64,000 nucleotides of DNA, from contig CBDCOX010000002.1 of assembly GCA_965219995.1 (NCBI GenBank), positions 3,744,001-3,808,000 on the forward strand. Reading direction: 5' to 3'. This document shows positions 9,166 through 21,619 of this stretch, piece after piece. The notes below the pieces were generated by a model that worked only from the letters and a program-made list of their open reading frames with translations, was not told the origin of the DNA and ran no database searches. Numbering within the stretch: position 1 is the stretch's first letter; every line of letters begins with the position of its first letter. The position numbers and the translations under genes are program-made. Source of the stretch: Candidatus Latescibacterota bacterium. GTDB taxonomy: Bacteria > Latescibacterota > UBA2968 > GCA-2709665.

Positions 9166-10431
9166 TTATTGCGGGCCCGTCAATTTCTCGACCCCTTGGT
9201 ACTTGCCGTCCGTTCCCATTACGGTCAAGAACACGGCGTCGGATCCCTGGTTATCGTGCGGCCCGTATTTGAGCTGCATGCCGTCGATTTCTATGGCGCC
9301 GGCATCTCGAACCGCGCGGAGAAGGCACTCTCGACTCAGGTCGGGCCCGCAGGCTTCAAGACCGGCGACGGCCAGGCGTCCGGCCAGATAACCTTCCAAC
9401 GAAACGAACCCGGGTTCCGCCTGGGGGTCGTACTCGGAGAGGGCGCTGCGGTATCGAGCCACCACGGGGATGTTTTCATCATCGGGGAGGGGAACGACCT
9501 GCGTGACGTATACACCGGCCCCGTCGGCCCCCAACTCGATCGCGAAAGCGTTACTCCCAACGAAGGAAACCGTCATGAATATCGGGTCCAGGTCCCGCCG
9601 CACCAACTCTATGGTCTTTACCACCGGCTTGTACGAGCCAATCAGGATCACCGCTTCGGGATTGGCCGCGGTGATTTTGAGCGCGGCGCCCTTTACAGCG
9701 CGGGTATTGCGTGGGTAGTGCGAGGCCGCTACCGGCTCCAGGCCCCGGCGCTCCAACGCCAGTCGCGTGCCCTCCAGCCCGTTCAGGCCGAAGGAATCGT
9801 CCTGATAAAGAACGGCAACGCGGGTGATCCCCAAATCCCCGGTAAGCCGCGCCACCATCTCCTCGGTTTCCTGGTAGTACGATGCCCGGACGTTCAGCAC
9901 ATTGTCCAACTCCCGGTCGCGCAGGAACTCGGCCCCCGTGAACGGAGCCAGGAAGGGCACCCCGGCAGACCGGGCCAGCGGTGATGCGGCGCGGGACGTG
10001 GGTGTGCCCACCGCTCCGATCAGCGCGAATACCTTTTCGTTCTCAATCAGGTGTTTCGTGTTGGTAGCGGCAAATTCGGTTTCATAGCCGTCATCCAGCG
10101 CCTTGAGTTTCAGTTCGCGGCCGTGGACGCCTCCTTCCCGATTGGCCTCGTGGAATGCCGCCTCAATTCCAAGGCGCATCGCTTTGCCCAATTCCCGGGC
10201 AGGCCCAGTGAACGCGGCGGACTGACCGAAAAGGACGTGGTCGTCGGAAAAACCCGGGTCGGCGTGGCCTTCTTCCCGCGCCGTCGTGAGGTGCTTCGCC
10301 CGTCCGCCGTCATCCCGCTCGGGGGTATCCTGCCCACCCCCACAGGCCATGCCGGAGGTCGCCAGCAGCAACCCTGCAATCATCGCACGGGGGGGTATCA
10401 CGTGAAAAACCAAACGCTGTGCCAGTTTCAT
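9166..10431 (-). CDS. Periplasmic binding protein, branched-chain amino-acid (PBP1) type, lipoprotein
   Basis: GQSAAFTGP..GGVHGREL..DDGY..GAVGTPT; lipobox GMAC; GAGGAG RBS. Confidence 0.88.
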   Translation of the reverse strand: MKLAQRLVFHVIPPRAMIAGLLLATSGMACGGGQDTPERDDGGRAKHLTTAREEGHADPGFSDDHVLFGQSAAFTGPARELGKAMRLGIEAAFHEANREGGVHGRELKLKALDDGYETEFAATNTKHLIENEKVFALIGAVGTPTSRAASPLARSAGVPFLAPFTGAEFLRDRELDNVLNVRASYYQETEEMVARLTGDLGITRVAVLYQDDSFGLNGLEGTRLALERRGLEPVAASHYPRNTRAVKGAALKITAANPEAVILIGSYKPVVKTIELVRRDLDPIFMTVSFVGSNAFAIELGADGAGVYVTQVVPLPDDENIPVVARYRSALSEYDPQAEPGFVSLEGYLAGRLAVAGLEACGPDLSRECLLRAVRDAGAIEIDGMQLKYGPHDNQGSDAVFLTVMGTDGKYQGVEKLTGPQ

Positions 10432-10712
10432 CGTTGCGTTCTCCTCACTGGCAGATTGTGGGCGTCGCATTCGCGTCTTCGCCTGTGATGACAACGGCTG
10501 CCTGGCGGATAAACCGCCTGTAAGCTAAACAACCAAGGTCTCTCCAATCAAGGACATTCACTGGCTATATACGAAACACTCCTCATACAGCAGGTCGATC
10601 ATGATCCGATTCATTCCGGCGTCGAGAAAGGGTATCGGGCATGGTACGAGATGCTGGAGCAGCTCATCCTGAATCTCGTTCGGGCGTCCCATGGGTCGCC
10701 GGGAAATCCGGT

Positions 10713-11165
10713 CTACAGGCTGGCCTCGATCGAGGTCAGAATCGTCTTCCACCCCCGCTCTGCTCGCTCCGTGTACTCCGCGAAGGTCGCAGGCATCCTG
10801 TGGGTGAGCCTCGCCGAGCAACCGCCCTCGAGGGGGGTGATCTCGATCCTCACAACCGATGACCCCTCCCGCTCGGACAGCTCCCTTGTAAACCAGGTGG
10901 ACTGGATGACCGAGGGGCGCCTCAGGGTCAGGTAGGTGCCCCAATTTTGTGTCTCTTCTCCATCACGCATGTCGCTGAACAGGAATGCGCCGCCGGGACG
11001 AGGATCGACCTCGATTCGAACGATCTCTCCCGAAAGGCCGAACGCGACCAGGGCATGGCTCATCCACCTCCGGACGTCCCGGGGGTTGAGCCATGCATCG
11101 AAGACCTCTTCCACCGGCGCGTGCGGGAACGGATGCTCCACCGTGACTTCGACCGCATCACTCAT
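10713..11165 (-). CDS. SRPBCC/AHSA1-domain protein
   Basis: APVEEVFDAW..DPRPGG..GW..IL pattern. Confidence 0.85.
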   Translation of the reverse strand: MSDAVEVTVEHPFPHAPVEEVFDAWLNPRDVRRWMSHALVAFGLSGEIVRIEVDPRPGGAFLFSDMRDGEETQNWGTYLTLRRPSVIQSTWFTRELSEREGSSVVRIEITPLEGGCSARLTHRMPATFAEYTERAERGWKTILTSIEASL

Positions 11166-11209
11166 TTCATCACCCTCTCCCTGGTCCTTCCCTCCTGGCG
11201 AAGCGCGGT

Positions 11210-11285
11210 TTCGAAGGCTTGCTTCGACAGGCTTGCTTCGGCAGGCTTGCTTCGACAGGCTTGCTTCGACAGGCTCAGCACAAGC
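11210..11285. repeat. Tandem 14-bp TTCGACAGGCTTGC units (5), REP-like; relatives at about 23400-23418 and 35757-35835
   Basis: Head-to-tail units with no spacers, ending in ggctcagcacaagc. Confidence 0.85.
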
Positions 11286-11392
11286 AGCACGATCGGCACA
11301 AGCAGTGCAGACAACTCACCAGACAGGATGAATCGGAGGCGGAATGGTGGGGCATTCGTCGGGACAGGACACTGGTGGGCGAAGCAGCACGG

Positions 11393-11863
11393 CTAACGGG
11401 AGACGTGGGCTTCCGGATTACGATCGGCCACCAGGTTCAGGGCGATTCCATGTTCCAACCATGCCTTGAGCGCGGCGAGGACGAGAGAGAATCCGCCCAT
11501 CGAGTCGAGCGCCATGCCGACAACCTCGTCTTCGGTCCCCTGGAACCCGGTGTTGGTGATCTGAACGAGGGTCGCTTCCGCACCGAGAGAAGTGAACTGC
11601 CACTCGACGGTCGTCGATGGCTCATCCCATTCAATGAGAATTCTGGCAGGCCGCTCGATCGCCTTCACGTGGACATCGGCGGAGGCGCCGTACATCTCCC
11701 ATTCCCATGTGACCTTCGCACCCGGTACCAGCCTGCCGCTGCTCCCGGTGAACCAGAATCGGGTGGTGACTGCGGGATCGACAAACGCGTTGAACACTTC
11801 GTCGCGCGGCCGCCGGACGAGCATCTGTGCCTGGACAGCAGGATTGATCACCCTGGCCTCCAA
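11393..11863 (-). CDS. SRPBCC/AHSA1-domain protein
   Basis: EVFNAFVDP..TRFWFT..LKAWLEHGI pattern. Confidence 0.88.
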   Translation of the reverse strand: MEARVINPAVQAQMLVRRPRDEVFNAFVDPAVTTRFWFTGSSGRLVPGAKVTWEWEMYGASADVHVKAIERPARILIEWDEPSTTVEWQFTSLGAEATLVQITNTGFQGTEDEVVGMALDSMGGFSLVLAALKAWLEHGIALNLVADRNPEAHVSR

Positions 11864-11886
11864 CGGTTGCCAACCGGGACAGACTG

Positions 11887-12360
11887 CTAACCGGACCCGC
11901 GCAGCGCCTTGAGCACGGCTGCGCCGTGGCCGGCGGCCCGGGCACGTTTCCAGACTTTGGTCAGGACTCCATCCGGGCCGATGATGAACGTAGCCCGCGT
12001 CATTCCCTGAAACCGGCGACCGTAGAGGACTTTCTCACCCCAGGCGCCATAGCGCGCGGCGACGGCGGCATCCGCGTCTACCAGCAGGGGAAACGGCAGC
12101 CGGTGGCGTTCGCGGAAATTCACGTGCGAATCGGCATCGTCTTTCGAAACACCGAGCACGATGGCGCCTTCGGCCTGGATTTCGGCGTGACTGTCCCTGA
12201 AGGAGCAGGCCTGGGTCGTACAACCCGGCGTCTCATCGCGCGGATAAAAGTAGAGGACAACCGTCCGGCCCCGGTATCCGGCCAGCGAATGCATGGTCCC
12301 GTCCTGGTCCGGGAGCGCGAAATCCGGGGCGGGATCACCTGCCTCGAGCGTAATTGCCAT
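11887..12360 (-). CDS. bcp: Thioredoxin-dependent thiol peroxidase (BCP/PrxQ)
   Basis: YFYPRDETPGCTTQAC motif. Confidence 0.93.
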   Translation of the reverse strand: MAITLEAGDPAPDFALPDQDGTMHSLAGYRGRTVVLYFYPRDETPGCTTQACSFRDSHAEIQAEGAIVLGVSKDDADSHVNFRERHRLPFPLLVDADAAVAARYGAWGEKVLYGRRFQGMTRATFIIGPDGVLTKVWKRARAAGHGAAVLKALRGSG

Positions 12361-12466
12361 CGTGGTTCCTCTTTCGACTGTTCATGAAGCGGTCCGCCCG
12401 ACGCCGGTCGACGCGACCCCACATCCGAAATGCCCTGGAAGCGCTCCTTTCGGGACCGCGTAAGGA

Positions 12467-14725
<2,259 letters not shown>

Positions 14726-14792
14726 TCACGCAACGGCGCACTGCCCTGTACCGGTATCCTCGCCTGATTTGCCCATACATCTTGAGTTGATC

Positions 14793-15932
14793 CTACAGTC
14801 CGGCGAACGCCTTCGCGAAGTCCGCGCACAGATCATCGGCGGCCTCGATGCCGCACGCCACACGGACCAGCCCATCGGTTATTCCCAAATCCGCCCGATC
14901 TTCCGGGCTCATGCCGCTGTGCGAGGTGGCGGAAGGACGCGTGATGAGGGTTTCGACGCCGCCGAGACTCGGGGCAGTTACCGGCAGCGACAGCCCGGAC
15001 AGCAACCGCTCGGCAGACGCCACGCCCCCGTGAAGTTCAAAGCTCAACACCCCGCCCGCCCCGGCGAACAGCCGTTGCGCCCGTTCGTATTGCGGGTGGC
15101 TCTCCAGCCCCGGATAGTTCACCCCGGCCACCTGCTCCTGCCCGGTCAAAAAGCGCGCCAGCCGCAGCCCGTTCTCATTGTGTTGGCGCATTCTTAGGGC
15201 CAACGTCTTCAACCCTCGCTGCAGCAGAAAACAGGCGTGCGTATCCAGCGAACCCCCCAGATGATTCAGCTTGTGCCTGATTGCCGCAACTTGTGCGGAC
15301 GAGCCCACAATCGCGCCTGCGACGAGGTCCGAATGGCCATTCAGGTACTTGGTCGCGCTGTGCAGTTCGATATCGAATCCGATTTCCAGCGGGCGGAAGT
15401 TACACGGGGATGCAAAGGTATTGTCGATCAGGGAGACGAGCCCGTATTCCCGGGCGAACTCCACGACCGCCTCCAGATCGGCGACCTCCAATAGCGGGTT
15501 GGTCATGGTCTCCACGTAGATCGCGCGAGTCTCCGGACGGAGCTTGCCCGCCCACGTCTCCGGCGCGTTGCCGGCGATAAAGTCGAAGTTTATCCCCAGG
15601 CGCGGCGCATCCTGCGACACAAAACTGTGCGTGCCCCCGTAGAGGCAGTCCTGGATCAGCAGATGATCACCACTGTCGAGGAAGGTGATCATCGCCGTGG
15701 TGATCGCGGCCATCCCGGAGCCGGTGACGAGGGCATCCTCACCGCCGCAGGCAGCGGCAATCTTGGCGTGCAATGCGCGGTGATTGGGCGTGTTGTTCAG
15801 GCGGAGATAGCGGATGTTGTCGTAGTCCTGCTCGTCTTGCGAGACATAGGTCGAGCTCTGGAAGACCGGCAGCACCACGGCGCCCTCGATGCGCTTCTCG
15901 CCGGCGTGAACGAGACGGGTTTGCATATCCAT
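14793..15932 (-). CDS. Cys/Met-metabolism PLP-dependent enzyme (cystathionine/methionine gamma-lyase family)
   Basis: SGMAAI, DNTFASP, HSATKYLNGHSD and SLGGVETL motifs. Confidence 0.92.
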   Translation of the reverse strand: MDMQTRLVHAGEKRIEGAVVLPVFQSSTYVSQDEQDYDNIRYLRLNNTPNHRALHAKIAAACGGEDALVTGSGMAAITTAMITFLDSGDHLLIQDCLYGGTHSFVSQDAPRLGINFDFIAGNAPETWAGKLRPETRAIYVETMTNPLLEVADLEAVVEFAREYGLVSLIDNTFASPCNFRPLEIGFDIELHSATKYLNGHSDLVAGAIVGSSAQVAAIRHKLNHLGGSLDTHACFLLQRGLKTLALRMRQHNENGLRLARFLTGQEQVAGVNYPGLESHPQYERAQRLFAGAGGVLSFELHGGVASAERLLSGLSLPVTAPSLGGVETLITRPSATSHSGMSPEDRADLGITDGLVRVACGIEAADDLCADFAKAFAGL

Positions 15933-16244
15933 GCATTTTCCCTCGGGAATTTAAAGCGTGACTTTTGCCTGAAATGGATGCATATATCGTGAATTATAAA
16001 TAAACATGGATGGACAGGATGGACAGGATAAAGTCAACGGCAGAAAAGCGCGAAAAATCGGATAATTTCAATGTTGAGCTGATCAATTTATGAAGCATAA
16101 ACTTACATGGATGGACAGGATGAACAGGATAGAAACCAAAAGCGAAATCTTCCAAAAATCTGAACCGGTGGACCCGATTCTTCGGCCGGTCCGTCGTCGA
16201 ACCCATCGCACCCTTTAACGCATCAGGCGAAAAAAGGATACCCC

Positions 16245-17660
16245 ATGCACAAAATCAACCCATTGAGAGCAGGCGCGGCGATGGTTGACATCACGCCGCC
16301 GTTGGGGACACATCTGGCCGGAAGCGGGGCCGGCGAACACCGTCCGGCCGAGACCGTTTTGGATCCGCTCTTTGCAAAAGCCATCGTCTTCGAAGCCGCC
16401 GGGCGGCGGGTCTGCATGGTAATCCTGGATCTGACGATCGTCACGCAGGACTACACGGACCGGATTCGCGCTGCTATCGCGGAGCGTACGGGCATCCCTC
16501 CGGAGGCGGTCATGGTCCAGGCGACGCAGACGCACTCCGCGCCGAGCATGGGCTACTTTATGCTGGATCCGGATTTCCGCCTGGAGACCAATGAGCAGAA
16601 CGAGTACCTGCGCGGCGCCGAGCGCACCTACGGCGACCGGGCGGCGGCCGCCGCGGTGGAGGCAGCGGTAGAAGCGGCGGACGGGCTGCAACCCGCGCGC
16701 ATCGGTCTGGGGCGAGGTGTGTTGGGAGACCTGGCGTTCAATCGCCGCGGCATCCGGCGGGACGGAACCATCACCATGCCCGCCCCCCTGGGCACGGAAA
16801 AAAGGCCGTTCGGAAACGTGGACGTCTGTTATCTCGAAGGGCCGACGGACCCGGAAGTCGGCGTGTGCTGCGTCCAGGACCTGGATAAGCGGCCGCTGGC
16901 CTTTCTCCTGCACTACACATGTCACCCGGTCAATGCGTTCAGTCATCGCGACACCTACCGGGCGATATCGGCGGATTGGCCCGGCGCATGGACGCGGGAG
17001 ATGCAGCAGTTGTTCGGCTCGGACACGGTGCCGCTGGTCGTCAACGGCTGCTGCGGCAACATCAACCCCAGGCATCCCTTCGATTCGGACTACCGGCCGG
17101 ACCACCGGCGAATGGGGCGCGAACTGGCCGGGATGACCGAACGAATCGTACAAAGTATCGCGTTTGACAACAAAGCCGCGCTGGCATTCAACGTCGAAAA
17201 AGTCCGGCTGCCGTTCCGCGAGATTCCGGTCGAGCGCCAGCGCCAGGTCGAGGCGATCCTATGCGAGAATCCCGAACCGCCGCGCGGGGCAGGCGGCGAT
17301 GTGGACCCGCGGTGGTTCCGGGCGGCGTCGACCCGAAGCGTCGAACTGTGCCGGCAACGGGACGCCGTGTTCCCCTACGAAATCCAGGCGTTCCGCATCG
17401 GGGACCTGTGCGTTGTCGGCTTACCCGGAGAACCGTTTGTCGAAGGACAACTCGCGCTTAAAACGAACTCGGCGGCGCCGTATCTCTTTCCCGCGCACCT
17501 GACGACGCACTACGTCGGCTACCTTCCGACGCGAAAGGCCTACGCCCGCGGGGGACACGAGGCTAACGAAGACGTCACGTACTGGGCCAAGCTCGCCCCC
17601 GGCTGCCTCGAAACCGCGGTCGAAAGTGCTCGAGCAATATTGGAAGACCTGTACTCGTAA
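16245..17660 (+). CDS. Neutral/alkaline ceramidase-like hydrolase
   Basis: DITPP..DPL.AKA..THSAP..NRR..CHP..SADWPG..G.CGNINP..PGEPF pattern. Confidence 0.75.
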   Translation: MHKINPLRAGAAMVDITPPLGTHLAGSGAGEHRPAETVLDPLFAKAIVFEAAGRRVCMVILDLTIVTQDYTDRIRAAIAERTGIPPEAVMVQATQTHSAPSMGYFMLDPDFRLETNEQNEYLRGAERTYGDRAAAAAVEAAVEAADGLQPARIGLGRGVLGDLAFNRRGIRRDGTITMPAPLGTEKRPFGNVDVCYLEGPTDPEVGVCCVQDLDKRPLAFLLHYTCHPVNAFSHRDTYRAISADWPGAWTREMQQLFGSDTVPLVVNGCCGNINPRHPFDSDYRPDHRRMGRELAGMTERIVQSIAFDNKAALAFNVEKVRLPFREIPVERQRQVEAILCENPEPPRGAGGDVDPRWFRAASTRSVELCRQRDAVFPYEIQAFRIGDLCVVGLPGEPFVEGQLALKTNSAAPYLFPAHLTTHYVGYLPTRKAYARGGHEANEDVTYWAKLAPGCLETAVESARAILEDLYS

Positions 17661-17716
17661 AGGATGTAGCGGAGGCGCCGACGTACACAGTCAACTTTGA
17701 CAGTGGAGTAAAACCC

Positions 17717-18193
17717 ATGCAGAAAATCGTCACCAATCTGTGGTTTGACGGCCGGGTGGAGGAAGCGCTCGAGCTCTATACGTCGTGCTTCCAAGACGCG
17801 CGCGTAACGAACATCACACGCTACACCGAAGAAGGCATGGGCAAGACCGGCGATATCATGACCGCCGAGTTTGAACTGGCCGGGCAGGAGTTCTGCATCA
17901 TCAACGGCGGTCCGATGTACACACATAGCCCGGCGATGTCGCTCCTGGTCAACTGCGTCGATCAGGACGAGGTGGACGCGCTATGGGAACGCTTGACGGC
18001 CGATGGCGGAGAGGAGAGTCAATGTGGCTGGCTCACGGACCGCTTCGGCGTCTCCTGGCAGATCGTGCCGGTCGCGCTGGGGAAGATGCTGGTGAGCGAC
18101 GATGCGGCTGCGGTCGAACGCGTCACAGCGACACTTTTGAAAATGAAAAAGCTTGATATCGCCGCGCTGGAGAAGGCGTTCCGAAATGAGTGA
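17717..18193 (+). CDS. VOC family PhnB/3-demethylubiquinone-9 methyltransferase-like protein
   Basis: MQKI...LWFD..NGGP..CGWLTDRFGVSWQIVP. Confidence 0.9.
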   Translation: MQKIVTNLWFDGRVEEALELYTSCFQDARVTNITRYTEEGMGKTGDIMTAEFELAGQEFCIINGGPMYTHSPAMSLLVNCVDQDEVDALWERLTADGGEESQCGWLTDRFGVSWQIVPVALGKMLVSDDAAAVERVTATLLKMKKLDIAALEKAFRNE

Positions 18194-18252
18194 TTCCGCG
18201 CCGGATCGTTCGCTGTTCACATCGCTGGCGCTGGCTAATATCAATGGCCTAG

Positions 18253-19791
18253 TTAGAAGTGCTGCGCCTGAGCCCTGTTTGCAAGCGCCAGCTCGTAGCA
18301 GGCGGCCTCGCTATCCGTGCGCACCAACAGATAGGGCGCGGCGAGGGACGGAGGATTCCATGTCTTGCCAGCGAAGGCCGTCATGCGCGCCAGTTCGACG
18401 TGGCGGTCGGGGCGGGCCTCGACCAGTACCACGTCGCCCGATTCGCTCATGATCAGCAGGACGTCATCTATCAGGATGAGCTGGCCGTGGCCGTAGCGCC
18501 CGCGCTTCCAGCGGCGTTTGCCGTCTTTCGGGTCGAGGCAGACCAGCACCCCGTCGTCGAGGCCGTAGACAAACCCATCGCGAGAGACCATGTTGGCGAA
18601 TTTGGTCTTGAGCCGCGGGCTTTTCCAGACGATATCGCTCGTCAAGCCGCCGCCGGGCGAAGCGTTCACCTGATACAGCCTGGCGCCAATCCCATAGCCG
18701 GAGGAGACCAGAACCCGGTTTCCGGGCAAGGGCAGGGGGTTGGCAACGCATTCAACCTGATCCCAGGGCTGACGCCAGAGCGGCACGCCGCTGTGCGGAT
18801 CGTGCGCGACGACGCTATGGCTGTTGAAAATCAATATCTGCTCGCGTCCGGCCAGTGTAACCAGACGCGGCGAGCTGAAGCCGGCCCTGTCCGTGCCCCC
18901 GCCCCAGACGAACGCGCCGGTTTGGCGGTGATAGGCCACTAACGAGCGCTCATCCGGGCCTCCGGCACTGACCACGACCAGGGTGTCGAGGACCAACGGC
19001 GAACAGCTGATTCCCCACCAATGGGCCTTAGCCCGATTGTCGGCGAGGATGTCCCTGGACCAGATCAGCGCCCCGCTGGCCAGGTCCAGGCAGTTGAGGA
19101 TGCCGGTCGCGCCCATGGTGAACACCCGGTCTCCAGCGATGGTCGGTGTGGCGCGCGGACCGACGCCGGCTACGGCGCTCTCGTAGCGGGTCGAGTCGGC
19201 GTGTTGCCACAGCTTGCGGCCCGTTGCCAGGTCGTAGCAGACGACCTGCTCCTCCGGGCCGTGTTGCTCCTGAGTTACGGCCCGGCCGCCGACAATGGCA
19301 AAGGAGGACCAGGCGGCGCCGACCGGGCGACGCCAGATTTCGCGCGGCGGGTGTTTGGTCCAGTCGCGCTCGACGTGGACGCCCCGGAGGCGGTTGTCGC
19401 GCTCGGGGCCGAGGAATTGCGGCCAATCGCGGGCGTTGAGGGCGGTGGCGTCCCCTCCTTCCGCGACGGCGGCTTCGTCCTGAGCACTCCAACGCCATTC
19501 GAGGATCGGCACGAAATCACCGCTCATCCCCTTAATGCGAAAACACCCGATGGCAAGTACAATGACCAAGACGATGCCGCCGAAATAGCGCAGGCGCCGT
19601 CCCCAGGCCAGCCGCGACGCAAAGAGCAGCCAGAGCAAACCAAGGAAAATGGCGAGCATAAAGATGCCCATCGTGCGCATCACCTGTTGCTGGCGATGGA
19701 GGGATTCGGGCAACCAGATCAGCAGGAGCGCCAGGACGACGATGCCTCCGAGCAGATAGAGAGGCCATAAGCGAGGGCGAGTCGAGGACAT
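18253..19791 (-). CDS. Membrane-anchored PQQ-like beta-propeller repeat protein
   Basis: Three N-terminal TM helices, WPQFLGP.RD, repeated C.D..TG...W units. Confidence 0.85.
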   Translation of the reverse strand: MSSTRPRLWPLYLLGGIVVLALLLIWLPESLHRQQQVMRTMGIFMLAIFLGLLWLLFASRLAWGRRLRYFGGIVLVIVLAIGCFRIKGMSGDFVPILEWRWSAQDEAAVAEGGDATALNARDWPQFLGPERDNRLRGVHVERDWTKHPPREIWRRPVGAAWSSFAIVGGRAVTQEQHGPEEQVVCYDLATGRKLWQHADSTRYESAVAGVGPRATPTIAGDRVFTMGATGILNCLDLASGALIWSRDILADNRAKAHWWGISCSPLVLDTLVVVSAGGPDERSLVAYHRQTGAFVWGGGTDRAGFSSPRLVTLAGREQILIFNSHSVVAHDPHSGVPLWRQPWDQVECVANPLPLPGNRVLVSSGYGIGARLYQVNASPGGGLTSDIVWKSPRLKTKFANMVSRDGFVYGLDDGVLVCLDPKDGKRRWKRGRYGHGQLILIDDVLLIMSESGDVVLVEARPDRHVELARMTAFAGKTWNPPSLAAPYLLVRTDSEAACYELALANRAQAQHF

Positions 19792-19960
19792 AGGATCTAT
19801 ACACCTCCGGTGAGGGTCTCCAGGTGGACACGATCGCCGCTGCGGGACACTTGTGTACGTTTACCGCGAATTGCATATTGCCGAAATCGGTGCGATATTA
19901 TATCTGGCGTACGCGTTGGGTCATCAAGAGAAAAAGCAGCCATGGCTCATGCCCCGGGGT

Positions 19961-20719
19961 TCACTCCACGTCGAGAATATAACGCGCCAACGGCGAGAGC
20001 CGTCGGGCGGTATCGGGCCGCAGGTACTCGCGCTGGTTGGTCTGTTGTGCGTGCTCCCGGGCGATAAAGGCGCAATGCAGGGTGCGGCGAGGGGCGTCGG
20101 TGCGATTGCGATATGAGCCGTGCCAGAGGCTGCCGTTGAATACTGCGACCGAGCCGGCGCGCCCGGTCAGTTGCACCTGATCCGGGTGATCGGCCATGGA
20201 GTCGGCCACGTGGTCGGAGATCCTGTCGGGCTTGCGGTGGCTGGCGGGGACGCAGCGGGTCGCTCCGTTGGCTCGGGTGAAGTCGTCCAGCATCCACATG
20301 GAGTTGACGACGTGGTAAGGTCCGCCGGGCGCGGTGGGCTGTCCCCAGTCCGTGTGCAGTCCCTGTAACCCGCTGCCGGGCAGGGGATCGTGACCGTTGA
20401 GCGAATGCAGCTTGAACGGCCGCTGCAGGACATGAAATACCGCCGTCAACAAAGTTGGCTGCAGGTAGACATCGTCGAAGACCGTCCCCTTGTTCACCAG
20501 ATCGGCGAGGCGGCGCACGCCCTCCATCTGGGCCACCTCGACGCCGGCCTTGTCGCCCTCGCGGTCAAAGATCGCGTCGAATGCGTGGCGCAACCCGGCC
20601 AGCCAGTCGGGTGCGATGATGTCTTCCAGAATGACGAAGCCATCGGCGTCCAGCGTGCCGCTTTGCGCGGGCGTCAACGCCCGGGGAACGAATCCCCGTT
20701 TCAACAGTTCGTAATCCAT
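19961..20719 (-). CDS. PhyH-family dioxygenase
   Basis: LHTD..NGAT..VPASH..LWHG..R. Confidence 0.9.
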   Translation of the reverse strand: MDYELLKRGFVPRALTPAQSGTLDADGFVILEDIIAPDWLAGLRHAFDAIFDREGDKAGVEVAQMEGVRRLADLVNKGTVFDDVYLQPTLLTAVFHVLQRPFKLHSLNGHDPLPGSGLQGLHTDWGQPTAPGGPYHVVNSMWMLDDFTRANGATRCVPASHRKPDRISDHVADSMADHPDQVQLTGRAGSVAVFNGSLWHGSYRNRTDAPRRTLHCAFIAREHAQQTNQREYLRPDTARRLSPLARYILDVE

Positions 20720-20770
20720 ATCGGTTGTTCCTTGGATGTTTGCGCGGGGACCTCTTCACGGCTCCTCAAG

Positions 20771-20923
20771 AGCGGTGAGAGGGTAGACGTGAGACGGGAG
20801 ATGATATCAGTGCCATATGGTATTTCTTGTCGTTACGATAGTGGTAAATGGACACGCACGGTTTCTGCGGAAACACGGCTGTAGATGTCTTCATCTACCG
20901 TCTACCGACTCACGTCTCCCCGC
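20771..20923. repeat. GAGACG-unit element, copy B (inverted arms, divergent interior)
   Basis: gcggtgagagggtagacgtgagacgggaga ... tctaccgtctaccgactcacgtctccccgc. Confidence 0.7.
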
Positions 20924-21014
20924 TTCTCGACAAGCGCAATGCGGACAAAGAAACGAGACGGGACGGGTGATTTCGTAAGAATAAACGCAGATTCTCTTTT
21001 TGGAAAAGTACACA

Positions 21015-21608
21015 ATGCCCCGAAAGAGCAGAGTCCTCAGCATCGGTGATACGGCCCCACCATTCGATCTGCCCTCGCACCAGCAGGGGTACGTATCGCT
21101 GGCATCGTCTCGGGAGAAAGAACACGTTGTTCTGACGTTTTTTCGGGGGACCTGGTGAAGAAGAAGCCGTCGTCAGTTGGCGACTGTGCAGGAATATGTG
21201 GACGAGTACGCCAAACGCAACGCGGCCTCCATCGCCATTGCCGCGGGACAGCCGCTTTGGGAGATGCGCGAATACGCGGAACGCAGCGGCGCTACCTTTC
21301 CGCTCCTGGCGGACCAGAACTGGAGCGCCATCAGGAGCTACGGGGTGCATCACTGGTTCGGCCTGGCGCTGCACAACTTCGCGTATCGCATCGTCCGCCC
21401 CGCGACGTCGATATTCGGCAATCCAGGCCGCCGTCTGCACAAATGGACCGGCCTGGCGAATCAGGGACTGAGCAACAGCATCGCCCGCCCCGCGACGTTT
21501 ATCGTCGACAGCAGCGGCGTAATCAGATATATATACATCGGATCGAGTCAGTTTGATCTGGCCGACCAGGAGAAGATTCTCGAACACCTGGATTCGTTGG
21601 CGACGTGA
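21015..21608 (+). CDS. AhpC/TSA peroxiredoxin-like selenoprotein (in-frame UGA at 21156-21158; UxxS)
   Basis: ATG 21015 reads ..IGDTAPPFDLP..VVLTFFRGTW-U-RRSRRQL, in frame with ORF 21177..21608 (FPLLAD, ARPATFIVD..GVIRY). The UGA sits at the WCxxC first-Cys position. Confidence 0.8.
21169..21184 (+). promoter_or_regulatory. SECIS-like hairpin
   Basis: GUCGUC-AGUU-GGCGAC begins 10 nt after the UGA; loop is nearly identical to that at 3930-3959. Confidence 0.6.
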
Positions 21609-21619
21609 GGTCCGGAAAG

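Noticed and set aside
11210-11285. CRISPR-like array
   Set aside because: 14-bp units are contiguous with no spacers, and no cas genes are present.
11219-11890. Repetitive LRQACF ORF and similar ILSILSIHV or SRLTS ORFs
   Set aside because: Translations of DNA repeat elements.
20910-21587. 225-aa minus-strand ORF
   Set aside because: Antisense to the peroxiredoxin-like selenoprotein and ends in a repeat.
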